Shown here one piece after another: positions 62,483-64,000 of a DNA stretch of 64,000 nucleotides; position 1 is the stretch's first letter, and each line of letters opens with the position of its first letter. The notes below the pieces were generated by a model, which saw only the letters and a program-made list of their open reading frames with translations, searched no databases and was not told where the DNA came from. The position numbers were made by a program, and so were the translations under genes. Source of the DNA: Lingula anatina (Eukaryota; Animalia; Brachiopoda); assembly GCA_051362555.1 (NCBI GenBank), contig CM120648.1, positions 659,721 to 723,720 on the forward strand, given 5' to 3'.

Positions 62483-63732
62483 TCTTGTTTAGTGTACTAC
62501 ATGATGTGAAAGGGGCCTATACATGTTACATGTAGTCTTTGGCCCGAAGACTTGTTTATTGTTGCTGCACTGTCGGGTTTTGTATATTGTGTCGTTTAAC
62601 AAGGCAAAAACTGCTTTGATGAAACGCACAGAACAACAGCAAATATAGTGAAATAGATGACCATGTCTTAAGAAAATTGAGTCTTCTCATACAACATACA
62701 TATATCAAAATACTGTGTATAATTAATACGATTAAGGATCATTTATCCCTTGAGACCTTTCCATTCCATGACAAATTGTCAAGATATACTTTCATCGCTT
62801 AAATAAATCTAGAGGACGGACAGTTAGGAAACGTGTGGAATTTTCATCGAAAAATATCTTTTTCACATGCAACTAATACAATTTCAGCGCGGAACCCTTT
62901 CCTTTTATTTTGACAAAATGACGCAGGAAAGAAGGCAAATTAGTTGCGGCCATGAGAAGAGGAATTCACAAATGCCTCCCCTGTGCCTCTGCGTATGTCA
63001 CTTACTGTGTTCTGACTTCGATTTATTGGATTTGCGTTTCTAGATATAGAATTACAAGTCGCTGATTTTTAGATAACAACTGACGACTCCTCAAACACAT
63101 ACGGATAACGCCTGCAATGGTTATTCTCAAATTCTCAAATTTTTAATCACACAGTCGCGATTCATTACGAGGTAAAAAGCTTGTAACTTGCCTGAGGCAG
63201 ACACGGCGTTTTCTCCTTGGAAATAGAACTAGATTAATTCTTATGAAATGTCTGCGCATGCCCTACGGGGTATTTCTCAGTTGGGATAGAAAACCTCGGC
63301 ACTTTTCTTCGCTTTGTTAACGGCCTGAACGGCAGCATAGAACATTTCCAGGAATGAGGTGGGGGTACGTACTGTACTGGCTGTATTCTCTTCTGTGTTC
63401 CCCCCATTGTAACATACACTGACAGATCTGGGATATCAAAAGCCTGGCGAGGGGGGGGGGGTCTTCTTTTTTGTGGTTAGGGTAGTTGCTTATACACTGG
63501 CGACAAAAGATTGGTTCACCTTATGAGATTTTTTCCTTGCCATCGGTATTGATAGTAGTGTTTAAGACTTCATTCACTGGTTTTTCTTACGTAAGTTAGA
63601 AGAAATATGCACACGTGTACCCCTGTGTCACACCGTGCCCGCGCGTGCTTGGAATAAAGCCACGTAGTCAGGATATTATAGCTAGCCAGGGCATAAATAC
63701 TTTGATTCTTGTCGTTAACTATTCTAATCAAT

Positions 63733-63780
<48 letters not shown>

Positions 63781-64000
63781 CGCCTGCACGAACACAGACC
63801 TTAAAAAGATTTTCTTTCCATACGTCTTCAAACTGACGGGGAAACTGTTAACAGAATTTCCAGAGATGTGTTTTTCAATGGCACTGTCAATCATGACGCA
63901 CCTGTGTGTCGGCCCCGCCCCCTCTCTATAGCTTAAGGTGGTCGTGTACTACTCCACGTTGCCAGTAAATGACGACCAAATCTGCAAAAACAGTACCTCT

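Noticed and set aside
62066-62509. ER-rich and SL-rich ORFs, and similar HT/YI repeats elsewhere
   Set aside because: Translations of microsatellite and low-complexity tracts.

Overview
AT-rich, intron-rich invertebrate animal genomic DNA (lophotrochozoan/deuterostome-invertebrate-like; the species cannot be determined from this window). I assembled six spliced protein-coding genes by hand from GT/AG boundaries and phase continuity; they alternate strictly in orientation. (1) The 3' half of a secreted ceruloplasmin/hephaestin-like multicopper ferroxidase (+, 1-5990). (2) A GPR157-like 7TM receptor (-, 6320-9380). (3, 4) Two convergent, apparently intact paralogues of a 21-exon secreted mosaic lectin (signal-LamG-EGF-mucin-C-type lectin-WSC-short fibrinogen-like-FA58C-WSC-3xCCP), which form a large inverted duplication (arms ~11757-24073 and ~28520-43705). 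(5) A 140-aa secreted 14-Cys prokineticin/astakine/colipase-fold-like peptide (+, 44382-46532). (6) A TNF-receptor superfamily member without a death domain (-, 48539-54976). Genes 5 and 6 are mostly invisible in the ORF track. The most unusual points are: the signal-peptide exon of the minus-strand lectin copy is tandemly triplicated (two intact, one broken); the two lectin copies are divergent in the N-terminal LamG domain but nearly identical in patches elsewhere; and their mucin stalks differ about three-fold in length. The window also holds a decayed Tc1 transposase, several MITEs, a tRNA-like multimeric dispersed repeat, a foldback minisatellite and microsatellites. All exon structures are predictions without transcript evidence.
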